The notes under the pieces are model-generated. The model did not search any database. It was not told the origin of the DNA and saw only the letters and a list, made by a program, of their open reading frames with translations. A DNA stretch of 64,000 nt from Candidatus Poribacteria bacterium (GTDB lineage: Bacteria; Poribacteria; WGA-4E; WGA-3G), in NCBI GenBank assembly GCA_965215265.1, contig OZ244048.1, positions 2,912,001 through 2,976,000 on the forward strand, read 5' to 3'. Positions 9,715-18,867 of the stretch are shown here, piece by piece; the first letter of the stretch is position 1; the number at the start of each line of letters is the position of its first letter. The position numbers were made by a program, and so were the translations under genes.

Positions 9715-10079
9715 CGCCTGTGAGGTCCGAGGCTGCTCCACAAGCATCTACCATACGTTGACATTCTTCAACCGTCATTGCCCTCGGTTTTTTCGCAAAG
9801 TACGTGTTTTCCTGCTTGTGCTGCGCGGATGGTGTTTTGACAGTGGATGTACGGTGGGGTAGCGACGTAAACCGCGTTGATTTCGTCGTCGGTTAACAGT
9901 GCATCCACATCAGCATAAGCCCGTTTCGCTCCGTGTTTTGCAGCGAAAGTTTCTGCTTTACGGCGGTCGCGCCGCATGACGGCGATAAGTTCGGAATCCT
10001 CAACGGTATAGAGAGGGGGTCCGCCTTTATACTCCGCAACATCGCCGTAACCGAGTATGCCCCATCTGAGTGTTGCCAT
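9715..10079 (-). pseudogene. Truncated Gfo/Idh/MocA oxidoreductase
   Basis: RWGILGYG...AVYVATPP...HVLCEK, then a frameshift (AMTVEECQRMVDAC in another frame); C-domain absent. Confidence 0.85.
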
Positions 10080-10250
10080 TAACCCGGTTTCTCCGTTAGT
10101 GAATTTTCATTTTCTATTTTGCATTTGGGTGCCCTATTGAGCGTCTGCCAATTGTCAAGATTGGTGCTGCAAACATCACTATTCTAGCATCCGAAGCCAG
10201 GCCTCAACATCAAATTTTGTCATCACGAATCTTCTCTATCGATACGCTCC

Positions 10251-10396
10251 AGAGAAGGGCAGCACGAGGAACTCTTTGAAGAAAGGGTCCCAGAGTTTCC
10301 GTTTGCTTTGTGTTTGTTTGGATGTCTCTGGTGCCGTAGTTTGTCTCATCTATCTGCTTAGGCGCTTCACTTCTGATAATAAAGTATAGCAGCCTC
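10251..10396 (-). repeat. Duplicated promoter + 5' fragment of the Rpn-like gene (copy of ~11687-11832)
   Basis: High nucleotide identity; encodes MRQTTAPETSKQTQSKRKLWDPFFKEFL. Confidence 0.9.
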
Positions 10397-10471
10397 TCCG
10401 TTATTTTGTCAAGGCAGTCTCCAGATTTCGCTTCTCAAGGCGGCCTCGGTGCTTCTCTGCAGCCATCTCCT

Positions 10472-10510
10472 AAAAAACCAGGGGCAGCGACCGAAGATCG
10501 CTGCCCCTGA
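10472..10510 (-). terminator. Rho-independent terminator
   Basis: ggggcagcga-tcttcgg-tcgctgcccc plus T run on the - strand; paralogous to 11947-11987. Confidence 0.8.
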
Positions 10511-10556
10511 TTAGGTTAGGTTAGTTTAGTTTAGTTTAACTTAGATTTCACAGAGT

Positions 10557-10730
10557 TTATTCTTCCGATTTGAGCGTCGCCCACCGTTCGGTAAGTTTTC
10601 CGTCTGCACTCAGATGCGTTGCCTGCAGCGTCTGCAGCCCCCCGGCGTTTCCGAGTATCGCCACAGAGGATGTTGAATCCAGCGTTGTTGAACTCAGATC
10701 CGGTTGCTCAACTGATGACGGTTTTATCAT
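10557..10730 (-). pseudogene. C-terminal remnant of a secreted protein ending in the KLTxxWxxLK motif
   Basis: Manual translation: ...LQATHLSADGKLTERWATLKSEE*. Confidence 0.65.
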
Positions 10731-10774
10731 CCTTGCCGCGTTCGAGTATCAAGGGACGGTGGCTCTGCGTGATG

Positions 10775-11143
10775 TTACGTGTCAGTACCGTTGTCAGCTG
10801 TCTCCAGCTGCCGCACGAGTTCCGCGCGCACCTCCGGAGATAAATTCCGAATCTCCGCCGGGCTGAGTCCTTTGACGCGCTCATCGGGGCTGAGTCCTTT
10901 GACGCGCTCATCGGGACTCAGGCGTGCTAACATATCGGCCCGTTCTGCCGCAGGTAGACTCGCCAACATATCCGCACGCTCTGCCGCAGGCAGACTCGCT
11001 AACATATCGGTGCGTTCTTGGGGGCTCAAGCGGGCGAGCATGTCCGCACGCTCCTCCGATGTCAGCGCAGACAGCAGCTTCGGACCCAAAGTCGTCGCAA
11101 CTTCGCGAAGACGACTCTGAAAGAAATCTTGATGTCCTTCCAT
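10775..11143 (-). CDS. Probable in-frame internal small protein (RpnS-like antitoxin), 122 aa
   Basis: GGAGGAGGT 7 nt upstream of in-frame ATG (MEGHQDFF...). Confidence 0.55.
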   Translation of the reverse strand: MEGHQDFFQSRLREVATTLGPKLLSALTSEERADMLARLSPQERTDMLASLPAAERADMLASLPAAERADMLARLSPDERVKGLSPDERVKGLSPAEIRNLSPEVRAELVRQLETADNGTDT

Positions 11144-11785
11144 TTCACAAACCTCCTCCGTGACTTCCGGCTGCAAATACAACGCGGAGTCAAAATATAA
11201 CGTATTCTCTTCCGTTATCACCCGCCGCAGGAACGCACGAAACTGTTTCTGCGACGACGCAAACAGCAGCAACCAATAATTCGGCTCAACCAATTCCACT
11301 TCATTACAAACCAATAGATGCACCGGTAGACCTGCCTGGCTATAATGTCCCCGGGCTAGCGGCTCCCACGGCAACCCGAAAGGCGGATGTGTCAGCAGCG
11401 CCCGCGGCTTCCGAGACGACACTATCGTCAAAGTAACTTCCGTGTCTGGAACCTTATGCGCTGCGAGATAGCCGCACGCACGCATAAAAATCCGGTAATA
11501 CGCCGATTCATTCAACGGGTCGTTTTGCCCTTTGAACTCGAACAGATTATACGTGCGTAAGTAAGAGAGCAGCGGATTCGCATGCACTCTCGCGCGGGCT
11601 GCGGCACTTTCGAGGAGAGCGAGTGCATCTATACGCTGCGGCAACCGGTTGACTTCTATCTCTGTCTCTATAGAGGCACCCAGCCCAGAGAATAGCAGCG
11701 CGAGGAACTCTTTGAAGAAAGGGTCCCAGAGTTTGCGTTTGCTTTGTGTTTGTTTAGATGTATCTGGTGCCGTAGTTTGCCTCAT
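10775..11785 (-). CDS. Rpn-like PD-(D/E)xK nuclease with C-terminal LSP/xER repeats
   Basis: WDPFFK, RID...LFEFK motif; repeated L(S/P)xxER units. Confidence 0.8.
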   Translation of the reverse strand: MRQTTAPDTSKQTQSKRKLWDPFFKEFLALLFSGLGASIETEIEVNRLPQRIDALALLESAAARARVHANPLLSYLRTYNLFEFKGQNDPLNESAYYRIFMRACGYLAAHKVPDTEVTLTIVSSRKPRALLTHPPFGLPWEPLARGHYSQAGLPVHLLVCNEVELVEPNYWLLLFASSQKQFRAFLRRVITEENTLYFDSALYLQPEVTEEVCEMEGHQDFFQSRLREVATTLGPKLLSALTSEERADMLARLSPQERTDMLASLPAAERADMLASLPAAERADMLARLSPDERVKGLSPDERVKGLSPAEIRNLSPEVRAELVRQLETADNGTDT

Positions 11786-11946
11786 CTATCTGCTTAGACG
11801 CTCCACTTCTCATAATAAAGTATAGCAGCCTCGCTTTTATGTTGTCAACCCTTTTTTTGGAGCCCCGGTGCGAAAATCGAGCCTGTTTTGACTCGTACTA
11901 GGGCATCGGATTTTCCGGCACAAAAGCAGAGCCATCTATCCAAAGC

Positions 11947-11987
11947 AAAAAAAATAGGGGCAGCCATGTGAGGGTAGCTGCCCCTGG
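11947..11987 (-). terminator. Rho-independent terminator
   Basis: ggggcagc...gctgcccc hairpin with T run on the - strand. Confidence 0.75.
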
Positions 11988-12061
11988 TTTGGGTTAGGTT
12001 AGGTTAGTTTACATCTCACTGAGGTGACTCTTGCGCCTTAAGCGTCGCCCACCGTTGTTAA

Positions 12062-13859
12062 TTATTGTGACAGCGGCGTGATATCCGACACTTGCGTATC
12101 ACTGAGATCCAGCACTCTCAAGTTGATAAGGTTTGCCAGCGGCGAGACATCCGACACTGGCGTACCCCCGAGATACAACTCTTCCAAGTTGGTGGCGTAT
12201 TCAAGTCCAGTCAGATCGCTAACGTCTGAGTCACTTAAATCGAGCTCTGTCAAGCGGAGCATATCTACCGAGGTCACAGCCGTCCCAGCGGCGATGCGGA
12301 GTTCCTCCTCTATTTCCGCACGGAGCGTCTCATCCGGAATGTTCACCTCGACGACTGTATTTACAGGCACCGTCAGCGTATTCCCGGATGCCTTGCTCGT
12401 GTTACCGGCAAGATCTGTAATAGCGTCTTCAGCAATCGATATCGCTACATCCCCATCAAAATTAGCAGGCGGGGTAATCGTCGCACGATAGACAGCATAG
12501 GACGTACTGGGTTTTATCTCACCGTCAAAAGCATCATCACTCTCCTGGATCTCTTGAGCCTCAGTGTTATAAGTACCGGGGTCAACAGCATCCAAGCCAT
12601 AAAATGCCGCATCGGTGATCGTCCAATCGGCGCGTTCCACGCCTTCACCGTCGAGAAGAATCTCAGCCGCACCAAAGGTATTGCTCCGCGGTTGTTCCGC
12701 ATAGATTTCTGCCGTATGATAATTAGCAAACTTGATTTCTATCTCAAACGCACCGGTTTGCTCCGCTATGTCATCGCCAATTGTTGGATGAGCTGTGCTG
12801 AGCGGCGCGTATCTTGCACCGATGCCGTCAACGATGTGGGTGACGACCGTGTCGGCTCGAAGCGTATCTACCGCATAAAGATTAGGATCCGTCTCAGCTG
12901 GATCAAGGCGTCCATTCGCAAGCGATTGACCCAAGTAGACAAATCCTCCAGTGTGAACCTTAGGAGAGGTAGGCCACACGAAAGCACCGAAATAGTTTCC
13001 TCCGGAGGCGGTACCGGCATCGGGGCTACCGGCCGTTATTGTGCCCCTTACGTGGTCAGTTGCCAAACCCACATAGCGATCTATGTTATTTGATCTCGAC
13101 CAAATCAAATTGAAACTATCGCTCTGGTTCTCAGTCGCAAGGTCGTACTCACCATCCATATTAGCGTCGCGAAAAAAGGGTTTATCCCAGTGAAACATCT
13201 CTATACCTTGTACCCTGATGTCACCATCTTGTACCGTGTATTCAAAGGTCACATAAAAGGTATTCGCTGAGTCGCTAAGATCACCACTTTCATCGACGCT
13301 CTTTATAAATACAGCTCCCAGATTGTCAGTATCAGGATTGAGAGCGACTTTGGCTTCATTATGCACCGCTGTGTCTATGTCCATGTATACACTACGGTCC
13401 AGCAGTATGCGTAATTTCGTATCCTGATGGATTAGCACCGGTCTGGTGAACTTCACGCGAATTTTAATCGTATCACCTGGCCCGTACTGTCGAGCCATTC
13501 TAGCGTCATCCCAAGCTACCTCGTTAGCAGTAGTATAACCGTCCGCATTTACAAGCCCTGCCAATGTGGCCTGTGCCTCCCTTCTTTTCGCATCTGTCCA
13601 ACCATCTGGGCCTCTGGTAGCCCTTACATCTCCCCAACCTGGCATAGCTTCAAAAGCCCCTTGGCGAACGTGCGTATAAAGAGCAGGCCCCGCGGGGTTA
13701 GTGGGGTCCTCAACTATCTCATATCCATCTGCCGCTATTGTCGGGCGATCCTGCTCTCTTGCCAGTGCCGATACGTGGGACGGCATAACAAGTCCAGCGA
13801 TTAAGAATAGAACTAAAACACTTAACATATATAGGGGGGGGGTGCATTCTTCTCTTCAT
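12062..13859 (-). CDS. Secreted Ig-like + internalin-type LRR protein; frameshifted at a 5' poly-C tract and C-terminally truncated
   Basis: ITDLAGN Ig-like motif, IPDETLR cap + LRRs (DLTGLEYATNLEELYL). RBS AAGGAG precedes ATG13859, which is out of frame by the C9 tract at 13834-13842. Confidence 0.8.
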
Positions 13860-14428
13860 ATTATCTAACTCCTTGTTATTCTTTATCCCGTTACGGAATA
13901 AACTTGACTTGACTTTATAGTTCCGACTAAGTTTCCTAACAGACTACGTTTTCAACCTTTTTTGCCAATTCGTCAGACGTGCACACAGATGTTCAAGAAA
14001 ATGAAATCGTGTTTGTGAGTCACTTCCCAAAAAATGCAGTGCATTCACAAACTGCCAACGGACACGTCAGCTCATTCTTTCACTTTTAAAGAACACTTTT
14101 GCTCTCTTCGCAAAAGCTTATTTTAAGTATACCTCAAGAGGAAGTGTTTGTCAAATTAAAAAGATGCGGAATACTATGGAAACAGCTGACTCAATTCTCA
14201 GGCTTAGAGGGGCCTCTCACCACGAGACGGGCCCCCTACACAATCTATTTCCAGAACTCACCTTGCTATTGGATTCGGGCAATGGACTTTATTCCTTACT
14301 TTTGGAACCAACGAGACGGAGAGCGGTAATCAATATTTTGGAAGGAACATGTTTTATCTCCTTTGGAATCGGCGTTCCAGTTCATCGCGTCCCATTTCAA
14401 CGATAATCGGGCGCGAATGAGGGCAATT

Positions 14429-14736
14429 ATTCAAGAGAGTACCTTCTCTCGGAAAAATTCAAATGGCCTGCCGGTGCCACCGGTGAACTGTGGGAGCTCC
14501 CAGATGCAGATGTTGTCGAACTGTTAGCTATAACCCCACCTGCCGATTGGCCGCAGACGGCAGACCCCGAGTTGCGTAGGAAATATCGTTTTGCCCAACT
14601 CCTCAAGCAGTTTGGAGACATTCCCGAGCTCCGCTATATTATAGCATATGAGCGAAAACCCAAAAATATCACGATCGAACAAGCTATCGCTGTTTCTGAA
14701 GCCATGTACCGTCTCTTCCCGAATGAAATAAACCTA
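14429..14736 (+). repeat. Near-identical internal fragment of the 1663-2508 gene (copy of 1808-2115)
   Basis: Aligns at offset 12621 with few substitutions; no start or end. Confidence 0.95.
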
Positions 14737-14779
14737 TTTAGGCCGTGCCTCGATAAGTTTTTAGTTTTAGGATGTCCTC

Positions 14780-14886
14780 CACAGACATCTTCGTATGCTT
14801 TTTTTTTGCATTTTTCATGTGACAAAAACTGGTTTCGGGGGTATAATTATAAATAATCTGATTTCAAAAGGGCGGTTTTCAGATTT
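14780..14886 (+). promoter_or_regulatory. Conserved promoter/operator block, copy 2
   Basis: Near-identical to 3259-3362; precedes the 15001 gene. Confidence 0.65.
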
Positions 14887-15000
14887 CCATTCTCGCCTCC
14901 GCAAGAAAGAGTCTGTCTCGATTGATATGCCGGTCTCCATCGGAAACGGCAGAAAACGTCTATTTATTTCTAAGTTTTACTCTAATAGGAGGAAATTAAG

Positions 15001-15464
15001 ATGCACTGGTTAAAAACGTTATTTCTCTGTCTTGTTATCGGATTCCTCGCTTTTACACTCGGGTGTACTTCGGAAAAGTTAGGGGAAGGAGGCTTTGATG
15101 TCACGTTGTCAATTAAAGGAATGAACCGTGCTACTTCTGTTTTCAGTGTCATGAAGGCATTGGAGCAGATAGATACCTTGGTTGTCAATGGAACAGTCCA
15201 CAAAGTAACTACGGTGTTTTTCCCGATAAAGGATGAGAGTAAAATGGGATGGAAATTGAATCCTGATGAACCGAAATACTTCCATCTTAAGTTATGGACG
15301 CTTCCCGGAGAAAAACCTGTACCTATCGTTGATGAACAGGTCTCTGAAAAGAAAAAAAAGAGATTTCTACTGTTGTGACGGTTCTCGGTTTTGAGACAAC
15401 TCTGGATCGGATAGAACCGTTTAAGGCCGTTTCTGCAAAGCACTATAAATTCGGGTTCAATTAA
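15001..15464 (+). CDS. Putative lipoprotein, probably frameshifted at an A8 tract (15352-15359)
   Basis: RBS AGGAGG, lipobox-like TLGC. ORF stops at 15378, but a shifted frame continues EISTVVTVLGF...FGFN* to 15464. Confidence 0.6.
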
Positions 15465-15466
15465 CG

Positions 15467-15507
15467 TAAAAGCCTCACTCGATTTTCAACGTGTGAGGCT
15501 TTTTTTA
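15467..15507. terminator. Bidirectional terminator
   Basis: aaaagcctcac...gtgaggcttttt between convergent genes. Confidence 0.75.
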
Positions 15508-16362
15508 TTTTTTTGCAAACATCGGATTTTCGAGCAGCGATTGTACTTCATAGATGGAGCCTTTTTTTTCGGCATACGGTTCTGGCATCCGGACGGGGAC
15601 ATCTACCATGCGAGGCTGGTTGGTCGGTTCCCCCCGGATGATGAAGTCGTTGAAACTGTCCCAATCGGGAATGCCTTTGAGGGGCCATGCATCCACGGCG
15701 CAATATTGGAATAGCAATAAACGGCGTGAATTGTTGGAAGTATTCGGAGCAGAGCCGTGTAGTGCTCGAACGTGATGAATGGAAATCCCGCCTGCCTTAA
15801 TTTCAAGGGGCACAGCCCCCTCTGGCGTGAACGTTGGGTCGGTGACTGCCCCGATAAAGGCACCATCTTGGTGATGATCATAGGTTGGTCCCTTGTGGGA
15901 GCCGGGCAGAATCATCAATGCGCCATTTTCTACTTTCATATCATCTATGACGACACCAACAGCGAGCAAATCGTCGTTGGTATGCGGATAAAATGCCCAA
16001 TCCTGGTGCCACTCAACCGGGCTGCCAAACTCCGGATATTTCATATTCAGTTTATGTCCATTATATCGCACCCCAGGACCGATGAGTTGTTCAACGATGT
16101 CCAGAATTTTCGGATGCCGCAGTGTTGCGTCATAAGCGGTGTGATGTAAACCAGGGTTTTTAATGCGCCGGACGCGTGGTTTAGCAGCGGTGTGCCCTGG
16201 CTCCAAATCGAAGATGTCGGTGTGTTCTGTAACTTCTTTAGATTTATGCACAAATTCATCAGTGATTCGGCGGAGTGCCGAAACTTCCTCCTGAGTGAGG
16301 ACTGCCTCAACGCCGATATAGCCGTTCTCGTTGTAAAAATTGAGTTGTTCTTGTGTGAGCAT
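15505..16362 (-). CDS. Phytanoyl-CoA dioxygenase (PhyH) family
   Basis: WHQD...HGSAPN...RR motifs. Confidence 0.92.
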   Translation of the reverse strand: MLTQEQLNFYNENGYIGVEAVLTQEEVSALRRITDEFVHKSKEVTEHTDIFDLEPGHTAAKPRVRRIKNPGLHHTAYDATLRHPKILDIVEQLIGPGVRYNGHKLNMKYPEFGSPVEWHQDWAFYPHTNDDLLAVGVVIDDMKVENGALMILPGSHKGPTYDHHQDGAFIGAVTDPTFTPEGAVPLEIKAGGISIHHVRALHGSAPNTSNNSRRLLLFQYCAVDAWPLKGIPDWDSFNDFIIRGEPTNQPRMVDVPVRMPEPYAEKKGSIYEVQSLLENPMFAKK

Positions 16363-16515
16363 GCTGTCGCTTCTCCTAAATTGGCATAGTCCAATAAGTC
16401 TCTGGCGAGATGGGCACCGGAACTTTCCAGCCATAGCCACCTTATCGCCTTCCTAAGACGAAAAATCTGATTTGTAACGCGCCGCCTCTAATTATACCTC
16501 AGTTTGGAAAAAAAA

Positions 16516-17754
16516 TCAATCTAACAATTCCTCATAAATTCCGCGTATGTTTTCGACCTGTGCTTCAATACCAAACGTTTCTTCAGCACGCTTTCTGGCA
16601 GCTTTGCCGGCTTGTGTGCAAAACTGTGGCATTTTAGCGAGGTGAACAATTCGACTTGCGATTGCCTCAACGCCGCGTGTTTCTCTTGCTCCGGTAGGGA
16701 GTGGTATTACCCAGCCTGTGACACCGTCGACAATCATGTCGAGAGTGCTGCCAATAGGAGTTCCGATGACCGGTTTCCCGGATGCCATCGCTTCCGCAAT
16801 GACACTGCCTGCTGAAAGCGTAACGAGCAGATCTAACTCTTGCATCGCCTGCGGCATATCGTTCCGATGTCCCATGAAGTAAAAAAACTGAGCGAACTGA
16901 GAATCGTGCGCGCCTTGCGCTGCGATATTGCGCTGTGCCACTAATTGGTGAACTTCACGTTCATACGCGCGATGCTTAAGTGTATCTAATGCTGCACCAA
17001 TGATATGAAAACGCAAGGGAGGGGGTAACTTGCAGGTGCTGTTTGCAGAAACCTCCCACTGTCTAATAGCATGGGATGCTATCTCAACAAACGTTTTTTG
17101 CCGTTTAAAGGGTTCAATTCTGCCTACTATGCCGACAATGAACTCCTTTTTGCAAGGCGTAAGGTTACTCGACGAAGGGCGGAAAACGGATAAGTCAACA
17201 CAATTTAGGATAACATTAACCTTTTTTGCATCAATTCCAGCTTGGAGGAGGGGTGCTCTGCTCTGTTCAGAAATAGCGATAATGCGGTTCATCTGGTGGA
17301 ACCCGTATTTTCGGACCTGCTTGGCGGTGAGGATGTTACGCACGTGTGAAATAATAGGAATGCTTAACTGCTGTCTGACGTACCATGCATAAGGATTCAG
17401 CCAAGAATCAGAAGTATGCACCAATTGCGCGTTGTTTGTGCGCGCTATGTTCACCAATTTTGTGGCAGCTCTATATCGCGCGAAGAGCGATTTCGTTTTT
17501 CGCCATGGTGGCAGGTTGAGAATCAACGTGGAAATACCAGCGTGTCTGAGTTGCTCAGCGAAAATGCCGTCATCAGGACAAACAACGAGCGGATGATAAC
17601 GTTCCCGATTCATATTTGTGACGAGATAGTAGAGCTGCTTCTCGCCACCGCCGACGCTGGAACCGCAATGGCTGAGATAAAGAATAGAAATTAAGTCTGT
17701 CGGATGCTTCAAAATAGGCTTGTATAAGTATGAATGCCGGGGACATCTAAACAA
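16516..17754 (-). CDS. Glycosyltransferase family 4
   Basis: GGGEKQ, GRIEPFK, EAMASGKPVIG. Confidence 0.9.
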   Translation of the reverse strand: MFRCPRHSYLYKPILKHPTDLISILYLSHCGSSVGGGEKQLYYLVTNMNRERYHPLVVCPDDGIFAEQLRHAGISTLILNLPPWRKTKSLFARYRAATKLVNIARTNNAQLVHTSDSWLNPYAWYVRQQLSIPIISHVRNILTAKQVRKYGFHQMNRIIAISEQSRAPLLQAGIDAKKVNVILNCVDLSVFRPSSSNLTPCKKEFIVGIVGRIEPFKRQKTFVEIASHAIRQWEVSANSTCKLPPPLRFHIIGAALDTLKHRAYEREVHQLVAQRNIAAQGAHDSQFAQFFYFMGHRNDMPQAMQELDLLVTLSAGSVIAEAMASGKPVIGTPIGSTLDMIVDGVTGWVIPLPTGARETRGVEAIASRIVHLAKMPQFCTQAGKAARKRAEETFGIEAQVENIRGIYEELLD

Positions 17755-17854
17755 CTCAATCTACTCTCTCCCCGGCAAAAAAGTTTATTGTAAGATAGGT
17801 ACGAAACACGGCTTATTGCTTGACTAGATGCGCTGTTTATGAATAAGGAACAAG

Positions 17855-18856
17855 TTAAACAGGGAAAATTAGTTGCTGATCTAAGAATACTTGGCTAACA
17901 GAGCGGTGGCTGTGAATCCGTAGAATAGCCTCAGCAAGAAGAGGAGCAATAGAAAGTACTTTGATTTTACCATTCAGTTGTTTTTCCTGCGGAATAGGGT
18001 TGGTATTGGTAGTGACGACTTCTCGTATTGCTGGATGTTTAAGCCGCTCTAATGCTGGGCCAACTAGGACAGCGTGTGCAATGCTAATATACGCTGGATT
18101 TGCCCCTGCTGCTGTTAGTGCTTTCGCTTGTTGATAGATGCTGCCTCCGGTGGCGATTTCATCGTCAATAACAATAGGTGTTTTTCCTGAAACGTCGCCA
18201 ACGAGTTCCACAAATTCAACCCGTTGGCCATCCACTCCACTCCGTCGCTTGTGCATGATAGCTAACGGCAAACTGAGGATATCGGCGTATTTCTCAGCGA
18301 GTTTCGCTCGTCCGGCATCCGGTGCGACAACAACGCCATTTTCAACTTCTTTATCTTTAAAATAATTTGCTAACGTTGTAACAGCTGTCAGATGATCGAG
18401 TGGGATATCAAAGAAGGCTTGGATCTGCGGGACGTGCAAATCGATGGCGATAATTCGATTTGCCCCGGCGGTCGTCAAAAGATTCGCGACGAGTTTAGCG
18501 CTAATGGGTTCTCGTCCGGTTGTTTTGTGATCTTGGCGTGCATAGCCAAAGTAGGGTATAATAGCGGTAATCTGCCGGGCAGATGCCCGTTTCATAGCAT
18601 CAATGGTAATGAGCAATTCCATTAAGTACTCGTTCGCGGGTTGGCACGTCGGTTGAACAAGGTAGATATCTGTCCCGCGTATACTTTCCTCGATCTGAAC
18701 CCGGGTTTCGCTGTTTGGGAAGGGGCCAATGGAGATCTTCCCGAGTTCAACACCTAAAATTGCCGAGATCTCTTGCGCTAATGCCGGGTTGGCGCGCCCG
18801 GCGAACAGCCGAAAATCGTGGCGCACTTTCTGTTCAGTTACTGTTGCCATGCTCAA
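17855..18856 (-). CDS. prs: Ribose-phosphate pyrophosphokinase
   Basis: PYFGYARQD, DLH, PDAG, IDDEIATGGS. Confidence 0.96.
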   Translation of the reverse strand: MSMATVTEQKVRHDFRLFAGRANPALAQEISAILGVELGKISIGPFPNSETRVQIEESIRGTDIYLVQPTCQPANEYLMELLITIDAMKRASARQITAIIPYFGYARQDHKTTGREPISAKLVANLLTTAGANRIIAIDLHVPQIQAFFDIPLDHLTAVTTLANYFKDKEVENGVVVAPDAGRAKLAEKYADILSLPLAIMHKRRSGVDGQRVEFVELVGDVSGKTPIVIDDEIATGGSIYQQAKALTAAGANPAYISIAHAVLVGPALERLKHPAIREVVTTNTNPIPQEKQLNGKIKVLSIAPLLAEAILRIHSHRSVSQVFLDQQLIFPV

Positions 18857-18867
18857 ATCTCCGTGGT

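Noticed and set aside
10511-10545. Telomere-like TTAGG repeats
   Set aside because: Only a few degenerate 5-mers next to a terminator; treated as part of the duplicated unit.
10251-11832. Possible DGR template/variable repeat pairs (also 1808/14429 and 1/3481)
   Set aside because: Mismatches are not adenine-specific and there is no reverse transcriptase in the window.
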